Shown one piece after another: positions 1 through 12,100 of a stretch of DNA of 64,000 bases. How positions within the stretch are numbered: the first letter of the stretch is position 1; each line of letters starts with the position of its first letter. The stretch is taken from assembly GCA_028534125.1 (NCBI GenBank), contig CM052817.1, positions 80,292,001-80,356,000 on the forward strand, in the 5' to 3' direction. The translations under genes were made by a program, and so were the position numbers. The notes beneath the pieces are model-generated. The model saw nothing but the letters and a program-made list of their open reading frames with translations. It was not told where the DNA came from and ran no database searches. Source of the stretch: Lama glama. Taxonomy: Eukaryota.

Positions 1-975
1 TCTCATAGACATTTTCAAGGATTCCATGAGATAACATAGCACTGAAGTGCTTGACAATAACACTCAGTAAATCATTTGTCATTATTGTATGTGATTGTAT
101 TATTATTTTTCCTGACAGATACTGTAGCCTTTAGGAAAAAAGGGCTAAACAGAATTTAAACTTTGAATATAATCTTATTTGGTAGAATTTGACTAGAAAT
201 TTATTTCATAGCAATCCCAAATTAAATTAGTGATGCCACATGTGAATTTTCAGCCTTATTGATAGCAATGTGTAGCTATATGTTCACTCTGTATTTTTCT
301 TATGAAAACTTGGTTCTTTTTACAGCAGTAGTATGTATATGTTGCTAATAGGCCAAGAGAACAGTCATGTTCATTTGGTTAAAATGATTTAGAATTCAAC
401 TGAATGCAGTAAAAGAAAAATTGAAAAGAAAGAATGCAAACTTATTTTGTGTTTACTGCTTGATTTCCGTTAGGCCCCACCTGAATGTTTTTTTAAGACC
501 AAAGCCACAACTGAATCTGCTAGTGCCTGCAAGAATTTTAAATATGCATGTTAACTTTAGCAAACATTTAGTTTTCTTTAAAAGTGTGATTTCAAATACT
601 ATACCAGTCAGAAAAATACCAGTAATTCATATGTGTTAAAATAAGTATCTGTACAGACTGCTGTGGTTTTTAACATCCTAAAAAGAATGAGATCCTTTTA
701 AAGTATTTACCCTTTATGTTTATGTATACTTTGAAAAAATAAGTTTTATCATGAACGTAGGAGTACTTCATGCTCTATTCCTCATTATCTTGCTAAGTAT
801 TGTCTTACAATTGAAAAAGATTTTTTGCCCAGTAGTTCGAAGGTGTGTTATGAAACATTGAACTGCTACCACAGCTGTGTATTACTGACAATATCCCTTT
901 CAGTGAGGTCTTGGGCAGCCGTTTCTAAAGTGAAAATGTACAATGAAAACTTATCATTAAAAATAGCCAATTATG

Positions 976-1167
976 CGTAGAATAGATAAACAAGATTATA
1001 CTGTATAGCTCAGGGAAAAATATACACAAGATCTTATGGTAGCTCACAGAGAAAAAAATGTGACAATGAATATATACATATTCATGTGTAACTGAAAAAT
1101 TGTGCTTTACACTGGAATTTGACACAACATTGTAAAATGATTATAAAACAATTAAAAAAATGTTAGA
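976..1167 (+). mobile_element. Young LINE-1, heavily 5'-truncated (3' UTR end) with 17-bp TSD
   Basis: L1 3' terminus with A-rich tail; flanking direct repeats AAAAATAGCCAATTATG (959-975) and AAAAATAGCCAGTTATG (1168-1184), one mismatch. Confidence 0.9.
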
Positions 1168-1250
1168 AAAAATAGCCAGTTATGTTGGGTCTTTGGTTAG
1201 ATTGAAATTCCCAGGGGTAACCGTATAAGTTAAAGCATTGCATTGATAAG

Positions 1251-1784
1251 TTTTTTTAACATTTTTTATTGATTTATAATCATTTTACAATGTTGTGTCA
1301 AATTCCAGTGTAGAGCACAATTTTTCAGTTATACATGAACATGTATATATTCATTATCACATTTTGTTCTCTGTGAGCTACCATAAGATCTTGTGTATAT
1401 TTCCCTGTGCCATACAGTACAATCTTGTTTATCTGTTCTACAATTTTGAAATCCCGTCTATCCCTTCCCACCCTCCACCCCCTTGGCAACCACAAGTTTG
1501 TATTCTATGTCTATGAGTCTGTTTCTGTTTTGTATTTATGTTTTGTTTGTTTGTTTGTTTGTTTTTTAGATTCCACATATGAGCGATCTCATATGGTATT
1601 TTTCTTTCTCTTTCTGGCTTACTTCACTTAGAATGACATTCTCCAGGAACATCCATGTTGCTGTAAATGCTGTTATGTTGTCAGCTTTTATGGCTGAATA
1701 GTATTCCATTGTATAAATATACCACATCTTCTTTATTCAGTCATCTGTTGATGGACATTTATGCTGTTTCCATGTCTTGGCTAT
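1251..1784 (-). mobile_element. Young LINE-1 3' UTR and ORF2 end, running into a gap
   Basis: T-tract then the same 3' UTR as 976-1167 in reverse; minus strand reads IAKTWKQHKCPSTDD (ORF2 C-terminus). Confidence 0.9.
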
Positions 1785-2284
1785 NNNNNNNNNNNNNNNN
1801 NNNNNNNNNNNNNNNNNNNNNNNNNNNNNNNNNNNNNNNNNNNNNNNNNNNNNNNNNNNNNNNNNNNNNNNNNNNNNNNNNNNNNNNNNNNNNNNNNNNN
1901 NNNNNNNNNNNNNNNNNNNNNNNNNNNNNNNNNNNNNNNNNNNNNNNNNNNNNNNNNNNNNNNNNNNNNNNNNNNNNNNNNNNNNNNNNNNNNNNNNNNN
2001 NNNNNNNNNNNNNNNNNNNNNNNNNNNNNNNNNNNNNNNNNNNNNNNNNNNNNNNNNNNNNNNNNNNNNNNNNNNNNNNNNNNNNNNNNNNNNNNNNNNN
2101 NNNNNNNNNNNNNNNNNNNNNNNNNNNNNNNNNNNNNNNNNNNNNNNNNNNNNNNNNNNNNNNNNNNNNNNNNNNNNNNNNNNNNNNNNNNNNNNNNNNN
2201 NNNNNNNNNNNNNNNNNNNNNNNNNNNNNNNNNNNNNNNNNNNNNNNNNNNNNNNNNNNNNNNNNNNNNNNNNNNNNNNNNNNN
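1785..2284. other. Assembly gap (500 N)
   Basis: Exactly 500 N. Confidence 1.
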
Positions 2285-2345
2285 TGGAATTTGACACAAC
2301 ATTGTAAAATGATTATAAATCAATAAAAAATGTTAAAAAAAAAAA
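2285..2345 (+). mobile_element. Young LINE-1 extreme 3' end with poly(A), emerging from gap
   Basis: Reverse complement of 1251-1307; AATAAA at 2322-2327 followed by an A-tail. Confidence 0.85.
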
Positions 2346-2696
2346 GGAGATTATGCCAAACTTACTAGTGGGTTCTCTGTTATTGGAAACTTACTCTAAT
2401 TTAGGTAGCAAGGCATAAGCATATGAGACATGGTTAAATGTGTCTCCGCAGTTTTCAACATTAGTTCAGAATGCAAGAAGAGATGTCATAAGATGTCAAA
2501 TGATTTTACAGATCAACTTAAAACCAAAAGCAGAACTACTCTTTTGATTCTTGGTGGTCTCATGGTGAGACTACTAACAAATCAGCATTATCCGTTTCAT
2601 GCAACAGAAGTGCTATACTGCGAAATTATCTAAAATGTACTATGGGGAGCACCTGTGAATCAAAATGGCAAGTAAATGACTAATTTTCCCCCAAGT

Positions 2697-2909
2697 CAGT
2701 GGTTCTCAAACCAGGATGATTTTGCCCTCCAGGGGACATTTGATGGTATAAAGATGTATCCTGGTTTGTGGATTGGAGAGAGATATTACTAGTATCTACA
2801 TGGTAGGGCCAGGGATGGTGCTAAACATCCTAAGATGCACAGGACAGCTCCCCTCAACAAAAATTTTATGGACCCAAATGTTGGTGTAGCTAAGATTTGA
2901 GAAACCCTA
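2697..2909 (+). mobile_element. MER20 (hAT-Charlie) non-autonomous DNA transposon
   Basis: CAGTGGTTCTCAA...GATTTTGCCCTCCAGGGGACATTTG...GCTAAACATCCTAAGATGCACAGGACAGC...TTGAGAAACCCT matches recalled MER20 consensus. Confidence 0.85.
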
Positions 2910-3447
2910 CTCTATGGTACAGTGTCACCACTCTTCTAAATTTCCTCTGCCTTTTATAGGAAATTTTATTCATCTGTGATTTTCTGTTTCTTTGTTGTTT
3001 ATCATCTGCTCAGAGTTGTAAGTTTACCACAAGTGAAACCTAGATCATACATGAGAGACCAAACCATGCCATAACCCATTTTCTCATAAGTGGTTTCCTA
3101 GAACAGCCTCTTTTTCACTCTGCTTGAACCATTCAGATAACTTTTCTTTAGGCTTTTCCAGCCTATACTAACCCCAGAAATTTCCATTAACTCCCAACTT
3201 TCACCAGTCATATTCAGATTAGGTTTTTTAACTAGAAGGTAGAAACTTTCACTGTGCACATAAATATTAAGATGAACTCTCCAGGATGGCCATACCCCGA
3301 ACAAGCTTCCTGCCACTGTTTGTTTCCCTTCAATTTCCCACTCTCTTTGACCACTGCTTCAGCCTTCATTCCTGATCTCTGCCTTCCCCTTGCCTACACT
3401 GACCTATTGCCTGAATTGCTTCTACTAGTTTCATCTGAGTTAATTTT

Positions 3448-4269
3448 TTTTAATTAGAGTATAGTTGACAATGTTGTATTAGTTTCTGGTGTACAGCATG
3501 GTTGTTTTACACACACACACACATATATATATATATTTCTTTTTCGTATTCTTTTTCATTATAGATTATTGCAAACTATTGAATATAGTTCCCTGTGCTA
3601 TACAGTAGGACCTTGTTGTTTATCTATTTTGTTTATAATAGTTTGTATCTGTGAATCACAAACTCCTAATTTATCCCCCCACCTTTGGTAAGTATAAATT
3701 TGTTTTCTATGTCTGTGAGTCTGTTTCTGTTTTGTAAATAAGTTCATTTGTTTCATTTTTTTAGATCCTCTGTGTAAGTGATAGCATATGATATTTTTCT
3801 CCATCTGACTTCAATTAGTATGATTATCTCTAGGTCTGTCCATGTTACTGCAAATGGCATTATTTCATTCTCTTTTATGGCTGAGTAGTATTTCATTGTA
3901 TAAATATACTACAACTTCTTTATCCAGTCATCTGTCTGTGAATATTTGGGTTGTTTCCATGTCTTGGCTATTGTAAATAGTGCTGCTGTGGACATTGATG
4001 TTATGTATCTTTTTAATTGGAGTTTTCTCTGGATATATGCCAGGAGTGGGATTATTGGATCATATGGTAACTCTATTTCTAAATTTTTTTATAGGAATAA
4101 CTGTATTGTTTTCCATACTGGCTGCACCAAATTACTTTACCACCAACAGTGTTAGAAGGGTTCCCTTCTCTCACCCTCTCCAGCATTTATCACTTGTGGA
4201 CTTTTCAATGATGGCCATTCTGACCAATGTGGGATAATACCTTATTGTAGTTTTAATTTGCATTTCTGA
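3448..4269 (-). mobile_element. 5'-truncated LINE-1 (3' UTR plus ORF2 end) with 12-bp TSD
   Basis: L1 3' motifs; TGAGTTAATTTT at both 3436-3447 and 4270-4281; internal (CA)n(TA)n at about 3508-3536. Confidence 0.9.
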
Positions 4270-5894
4270 TGAGTTAATTTTAATCTTATCTGTTTGCTAA
4301 GATCATTTGATTATTGGAAATACCCTCTTGCTACATAGTAGTCCCAGGATATTATAACAATACTGTAATTATTCTTTTTTTTTTTTTCAAAAATACACAT
4401 TGGTTTAAATGTTTACAAGACGAGGAAGAGAAGTTCCTGATGATGCTATATGCACCAACATAACAGTTGAAGTGGTGGCTGCCTATCTCTGCTTCAATGA
4501 TAGCACTTTTGGCATTATACCAGCATCCAAATGAATTCCGGAAAAATATGTGTCACATTTTTGTTTCATCAGTTTTCCATCTCAGCACTAATGATCGAGG
4601 CAAAAAATAAAGCAGTGTGCTTTCTGTATCTAACCTCATCTGATTTCCTAGTCATGGCCAGATTTCACAGAGATGAATAGAGGACTTTGAAGTATCACTT
4701 TTCTAGTTAGATATCCATCTTTCTTGTGTATGTTTAATAGAGCCAGCAGAATGAGAAAGGGTCTGAAGGATACCTCTATCTCTTCTCTTCCTCCTGCAGT
4801 GAAAGGACTTCCTCTCATAGATTAGTGGACAGGGGTTAATAATAGCAGTATTCACAAGAATAAAAGAAGAATTGACTATGCATGAAGGAAATCAGATGCT
4901 CCTGGAGGTGGGTTTCTCAGATACAGTCATGACTTCTATACTATATAGTAGTATTGGGGATATTTTGTTGTTCATATTTTTTCTTTACAATATATCCTGT
5001 TTCATTGTATGTATTGTAAGATTGTTAATAAGCCAATTTATAGGTGAACACTGCCTCATATTTCAAAATCTGTGCTTACAGCTAGGCTTCCCCCCTTTCA
5101 CTTTGATGCTACAGAGGGGCTCCAGCTATTTGCTACCTGAAAATCGTCTGAAAGAGTGCAGAGATTTAAAAAACTGCTCCCATGTAAAGCTTTGCAAAGA
5201 TGTCACTTTCTGCCCATACTCTAATAAATGCCCTCATCTTGCTCTGTAGGAAGCACTGTTCATGTAATGCTAACTTCTGATAGATTTGTATCAATTACAT
5301 GCAGTTTGACAGAAAAATTCAGAAAAAGTAAAGAATTGGGGCATTGTTTGTATTCGTTTAGTGGTTTTAAAAGTGGAATTACTATTTAATTCATACAAGT
5401 GATACCATACACAGAAGAAATGTAAACCCTGTCTGTGGATATTTCTGTTAAGTATTACCAGTTTCACAATGTGTCACTTCTGTGAGAAAAAATGTCTTAA
5501 CCGATTAGTTTGGGTAAAGGAACTGAGCATGCCCACTTCAACTCATTCTGGGCTCTGTTTCTTCCTTTTGGAACTTCTTGGAGGCAGAGCTTCCAAGGTG
5601 CCTAGTCTACTGTGCTGTAACCTGACACAAAAGGTTTTGCCCCTGAGGGGGAGCCTGCAGTCAGTGCATCTAATTCAGAGGTGAAATGTTAGGAAGCCAT
5701 GTGAATGTACCATTCAGCTACATTCTCCAGTAAGAAAATACATATATTGATCTCCATATCTCTTACTCCTCTGGGTTCTTATTCTCTCATACCTACCTCC
5801 CTCACTGCCCTCTTCCATTCCCCTGCTGTATTCAGATAGGGGAAATAGGATTATTTTGTGACCTCTACCCCCAACTCTTAAAAACTTTAACAGT

Positions 5895-6190
5895 ATCTTT
5901 TGCCATTTTTCCTATCACTTTGTAGATCTTCACAGATTCTGATTACTAATCCTTTATCAATTATATGTAACTCAGATGTCCTCTCCCAGTCTTACTGCTT
6001 ATCTTTACCCTTTATGTTTTATGTGGTCTTTTATTGTAGAGGAGTTTAATCAAGTTTATCTGTCTTTTCCTTCTTGTGTTCTTCATGTCTTCTTAAAGAA
6101 ATCCTTCTGTTCACCCAGAATCATATTTTCTATTCAATTCTTTCAAGTTTACCATTTATATTTGGATCCTTAATCAGTCTCAAGTTTTTG
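5895..6190 (-). mobile_element. Ancient LINE-1 ORF2 fragment
   Basis: Degenerate antisense ORF2 motifs (taatcctttatcaattatatg, ttaaagaaatccttc). Confidence 0.55.
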
Positions 6191-6244
6191 ATGTAATATT
6201 CAGTGCTGCAGTGTAAACAGTTGTGCATCACCTCTTACAGATAT

Positions 6245-6418
6245 ACACTGTCCAATACAGAGGCTACTAGCTATTTAAATTTAAATTGATTAAAATTAAA
6301 GAAAATTTCAAATTCAGTTCTTTAGTCTCACACTTCACCACATTTCAAGTGCTCGATACTCCCTTGTGGTCGATGACCATGCTATTGGACAGTGCACATA
6401 CAGAACATCATCACTGCA
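6245..6418 (-). mobile_element. MER3 (hAT-Charlie)
   Basis: CACTGTCCAATA...TATTGGACAGTG inverted ends, AT core TTTAAATTTAAATT and CACATTTCAAGTGCTC. Confidence 0.8.
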
Positions 6419-9165
6419 GTAACTGGTCTTTGCTCTTCCCTGGAATCTTTACTACAACTCTCTTCTTAGTGAGCTTTGATTCCAGTTCTCGCCTCCTGAC
6501 CCATAAGCATGTTGAAAGGGCAGCTAGCTTCTTAGCTCTCAATAGCTTCTTCCAAGAATGAGAGATGCTTCCAAATGAAAAGCTATTCTAAATATAGGAC
6601 TTGTCTCTATACTCCTCCTCCTAGATCTTGGCTTCATTATTACTTGTTAGTTCTCTGATTTCTTCAAATAGATGTTTTTCTCCAGTTTTTCTAGTTATTC
6701 TGAGCAGGAGGGTTTGTTCAAATTACCTAGATCTCCATTATTTAAAATGCAGCTACCCAGCATTCAAGCTTGCATTCCTTAACTGAAATACTGTTTATAT
6801 AAAAGTTCAGTTGTTTTTATTCTTAATTTTCAGCTCACTCTATTTGAATTAAATATATTTTATTTTTAAATCAATATATTTTTCTTCCTAAGTCCAAATC
6901 TAATTTCCTATTCTACTTTTGATTAGCCCTGTCGAGTAAATAAACCAGTCCATTTAAAGATATACCATATTCAATATTAACTTTAAACATAAACATAAAT
7001 TATAGTAGAATATTTGCTTAACATTTCTAAAGTACCCATGTGAATAAACAAGAAATGTCTAGGCTTTATCTGAAAAAGTACATTGTTCATTATTTTTACA
7101 TGTTTTGCTTGCTCACTGATTAACTTTAATTCTTTGAGGATACCAGTAAACTCCGTGTGAATACAAGTCATCTTAGAAATCCAGAGTTTTACTAGAAACA
7201 CGATTTTGTGGGGGAGAACTATAAACTCTGCAGATTAACACAGCAAGAACAACCCAACATGACACATTGAAACCAAACTGCCTGATGCTGATCTCAATAA
7301 GGCTATGGTTCCTACAGGTACACATTAATATACTTAGTAACATTAAGCAGTGCTACCAACTGTAAAATAAATACTCCAAGCTTCAGTGCCTTCGAAAGCA
7401 TCTACGAAATTACAGCATCTTTAAGGTTTCTGTTTTTTAAACACTCCTTTAAGTTACTAGATTTTTATATATTTACTCATATGAAATGTTGACCTTTAAT
7501 ACAACATGCAGAGAATATGACTGAAGATAACTGTTAATTGACTAGTCCTAATAAACTTTTAGTTCGATGTTTTAATGATAAATAACAAGCTTCACTTTAA
7601 TGCACCATGGACAAGAGAAAAGCATAATCTTCATATAATGGCCAATTAATAAATGATTTAACATTTTAAAGCACTTAATAAGGCTGAAACCCACAGCAAA
7701 GGTGTTTGCTGATATGTGGTTACCAGAGAAGTTCACTAGGTCAGAGTAAAAGCAGAGATTAATCTTAACATCTAATATGCAGTACACCTTTGTTTCTTAA
7801 TCAAAATGCAAACAAGGACGTAAAATACGGAATTGTATTTTCATCAGAATTTAAACCAGACTTGACATCTTTAAAATATGCCTCAAAATTTAGAAGTATA
7901 GAAGTGTCATTGCTTACAAGAAAAAACTAACACATGCATAGTCCATCTCAATCATTCCTGAAAACAGACCACACACAAACTTAAAATTTTCAGCTAAGAG
8001 GGCTTTAAAATGTAAAGGGAGAAAAAGGAGACTTGATGGCATCAGAACTAATATCCTCTTAGGTATTGAAAGGAAAGGTGTAGTGTAAGAGGACAAGTAT
8101 TCTTCCATCAGCCTCTCACTTTACTTTCCACTTTTTTAGGGTGAGAAAGTAATTAATTCTCTGTACTGTATTGAATCATAAGGCTTTATTAATCAACAAC
8201 TTGAAATAACTTACATAAAATGTCTTTTTATTGGGACTTCAGCCTTAGAGGGACAAACTAATCCTCAAATTTCCTTTTATAAGGTAATTTACAGGGTTGT
8301 ACAGTTTCCATGTTAATATGTAATGCATAGGCTGCTCTATTTTATGTTTTTCCATGTTTTATAAGTGTCTCTTGGAAATTTTAAAGAATTTATGTAATTC
8401 AGTATTTGTTCTTGAGTGGCTCTGGGGATCTGAGGACAGGAGAAAACAGAGGGAATCATTTGCTTTCTTGCCATAAGAAACATTAGTATTAGCAGGGAAA
8501 AAGCAAGTTCAGATATAAGGGCTAGAGAAGAACTCATGCAAACCTCAATGGTACTTTTTACAGCAATTTTTCTTAGGGATACATGAAGACTGAGCCATTT
8601 TTTAAAATATATTTTCTAAGAAAAAGCAAATTTGTCTTTATGAGCTATATAAAATAGGAGAGATTTGAAAATTTTTAAAAATTGTAAAGAAAATGTATCA
8701 GTATTTTTGCTGCATGTCAATTAACAAATTCATTTATTTAGATTTTTGAATAATGTTTAAATTTGTAAATGGTTAATTCAAAATTGATGATCAGTGTATG
8801 ACTTTAAACATGAGATTTCCAAGTTTTGTGGTGATGACAAAATCAAACAGTTCGTAGGCCCATGGGCAAGACTGGTACTCATTAGCTGTAGTAGGAGTAG
8901 TAATAAAAATAATGATTTCTTATAATTAGGATAATACTCCTTACTTAATTACTATCTGTTCACCAATTTTCTTTTAAGATGGCCCCCATAACATTGTTAT
9001 TCCTAAATAGTAAATAGAGAAAATAAGGCAAAAACAAGTCAAGTAACTTTAGGTCTTCATCATTTTTGCATTCATTCCTTCATTAGTTTATTCATTTCCC
9101 TTCTAGTTTCTAAAAGGATATTAAGCTAATAATAGCTTAATGACAGGCATCATATGGTGGCTTTT

Positions 9166-12100
9166 TTTTCAATTTTTTAATAATTATTGAAGTATAGTCG
9201 GTTTACAATGTTGTATCCATTTCTGGTGTACAACATGTCTTAGTCATACGTATACATACCTATATTTGTTTTCATATTCTTTTTTATTATGGATTGCTAC
9301 AAGATATTGAATATAGTTTCCTGTGCTATACAGTAGAAACTTTTTAATTTTACATATAGTACTTAGTATCTGCAAATTTCAAACTCCCATTTTATCCCTT
9401 ACCACCCTCTTTACCCCCTTGTAACCATAAGTTTGTTCTCGTGTCTGTGAGTCTGTTTCTGTTTTGTAAATAAGTTCATTGTGTCTTTTTTTTTTTTTTT
9501 AGATTCCACATATAAGTGATACCATATTGGTATTATTCTTTCTCTCTCTGGCTAACTTCACTTAGAATGACTGTCTCCAGGTCCATCCATGTTGCTGCAA
9601 ATTGCATTATTTTATTTTTTTTTAATAGCTGAGTAGTGTTCCATTGTATATATATATACCACATCTTCTTTATCCAATAGTCTGTCAGTGGACATTTGGC
9701 TTGTTTCCTTGTCTTGGCTATTGTAAACAGTGCTGCTGTGAACATTGCAGTGTATGTGTGTTTTTGAATTATAGTTTTCTCTGGATATATGCCCAGGAGT
9801 GGGATTGCTGAATCATATGGTAATTCTATTTCTAGTTTTTTAAGGAACCTTTATACTGTCCTCCATATTGGCTGCACCAATTTACAGTCCTACCAACAGT
9901 GTAGGAGGGTTCTTTTTTTTCCACACCCTCTCCAGCATTTATTATTTATGGACTTCTTTATGTTGGCCATTTTGACTGGTGTGAGGTGATACCTCATTGT
10001 AGTTTTGATTTGCATTTCTCTAACAATTAGTGATACTGAGCATCTTTTCATGTGCCTATTGGCCATCTGGATGTCTTCTTTGGAGAGATGTCTATTTAGG
10101 TCTTCTGCCCGTTTTTTGATTTGGTTGTTTGTCTTTTTGATACTCAGCTGAATGAGCTACTTGTATAGTTTGGAGATTAGTCCCTTGTCAGTCACATCAT
10201 TTGCAAATATTTTCTCCCATTCTGTAGATTGTTTTTTCATTTTGTTGATGGTATCCTTAGCTGTGCAAAAGCTTTTAAGTTTAAATTGGTCCCATTTGAT
10301 TATTTTTTGTTTTATTTCCATTACTTTAGGAGCTGGTTTGAAAAAAAATATTGCTGCAGTTTATGTCAAAGAGTGTTCTGCCTATGTTCTCCTGTAGGAG
10401 TTTATAGTATTTGGTCTTACATTTAGGACTTTAGTCCATTTTGAGTTTATTTTTGTTTATAGCATTAGAGAATGTTCTAATTTTATTCTTTACAGGTAGC
10501 TGTCCAGTTTTCCTAGCACCACTTATTAAAGGAACTGTCTTTTCTCCATTGCATATTCTTGCTTCCTTTGTCATAGATTAATTGACCATAAGTGCATGGA
10601 TTTATTTCTGGACTTTCTGTCCTGTTCCATTGATCTGTGTGACTGTTTTGATTACTGTAACTTTGTAGTATAGTCTGAAATCAGGGAGTGTGATTCCCCC
10701 AGCTCTGTTCTTTTTCCTCAAGGTTAATTCTGGTTTTTTGGTGTCTTTTGTGTTTCCATACAAATTTTAATATTTTTTGTTCCAGCTCTGTGAAAAACGT
10801 CATTAGTAATTTGATAAGGATTGCATTGAATCTGTCTATTGCCTTGGATAGAATGGCCATTTAGATAATATTGATTCTTCCATTCCAGAACATGGTATAT
10901 CTTTCCATCTATTTGTGTCATATTCAGTTTCTTTTATCAATATCATATAGTTATTGGAGTACAGATCTTTTGTTTTTGTTTCTGTTTCTGTTTCTGTTTA
11001 ATTTATTTCTGCTCTGATCTTTATGATTTCTTTTCTTCTACTAACTTTGGATTTTGTTTGTTCTTCTCTCTCTAGTTGCTTTAGATGTAAGGTTAGGTTG
11101 TTTATCTGAGATTTTTCTTGTTTCCTGAGGTAAGCTTGTATCACTATAAACGTCCCTGTTAGAACTGCTTTTGCTGCATCCTACACGTTTTGGATCATCA
11201 TATTTTAGTTTTCATTTGTCTCTAGGTATTTTTTTTTATTTTCTCTTTGATTTCTTCAGTGATCCATTGGTTGTTTAGTAGCATGTTGTTTAGCCTCCAT
11301 GTGTTTGTATATTTTATGATTTTTTTCTTGTAGTTGATTTCTAATCTCAGAGTGTATGGTCAGAAAAGATGCTCATTATGATTTCAGTTTTCTTAAATTT
11401 ACTGAGGCTTGCTTTGTGGGTGAGCATGTCATTGATTCTGGAGAATATTCTGCTCACACTTGAGAAGGATGTATTCTGCTGCTTTTGGATGGAATGCTCT
11501 ATAAATATCAATTAAGACCATCTGGTCTAATATGTCAATTAAGACCTATATTTTCTTATTGATATTCTGTCTGGATTATCTATCCATTGCTGTAAGTGAG
11601 GTTTTAAGGTTCCCCACTATTATTATGTTATTGTCGATTTCTCCTTTTATGTCTCTTAACAGGTGTCTTATATATTGAGGTTCTCCTATCTTGGGTGCAT
11701 ATATATTTACAATTGTTATATCTTCTTCTGGGATTGATCCCTTGAACATTATGTAGTGTCCTTCTTCGTCTCTTGTAACAGTCTTTATTTTAAAATTTAT
11801 TTTGTCTGATGTAAGTATTGCCATTCCAGCTTTCTTTTGGTTTCCATTTGCATGGAATATCTTTTTCCATCCCCTCACTTTCAGCCTACATGTGTCTGTA
11901 GCTCTAAATTATGTCTCTTGTTGACACTATATGGGTCTTGTTTTTGTATCCATTCAGCCAGCCTTTTGGTTAGAACATTTAGTCTATTTACATTTAAGGT
12001 AATTACCAACATGGATGTTCTTATTGCTAGTTTGTTCATTGTTTTGGATTGGTTTTTGTAGGTCTTTTTATCTCTTTTTTAAAAATGTTTGCTTGTTTTT

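Noticed and set aside
925..1516. Repeated small ORF MSN(S/F)S..H.FSV.HE (also at 50913) resembling a peptide gene family
   Set aside because: It is the antisense frame of the same L1 3' UTR in three copies and begins at a non-ATG codon.
1667..2326. Long ORFs of 176-219 aa in the ORF track
   Set aside because: They are read-through of the 500-N gap.
4872..5249. 125-aa ORF and similar unique-sequence ORFs (42254, 43745, 47353, 58655, 62791)
   Set aside because: Low-information Leu/Phe/Cys-rich composition, no known motifs, several overlap L2 or MIR; consistent with chance.
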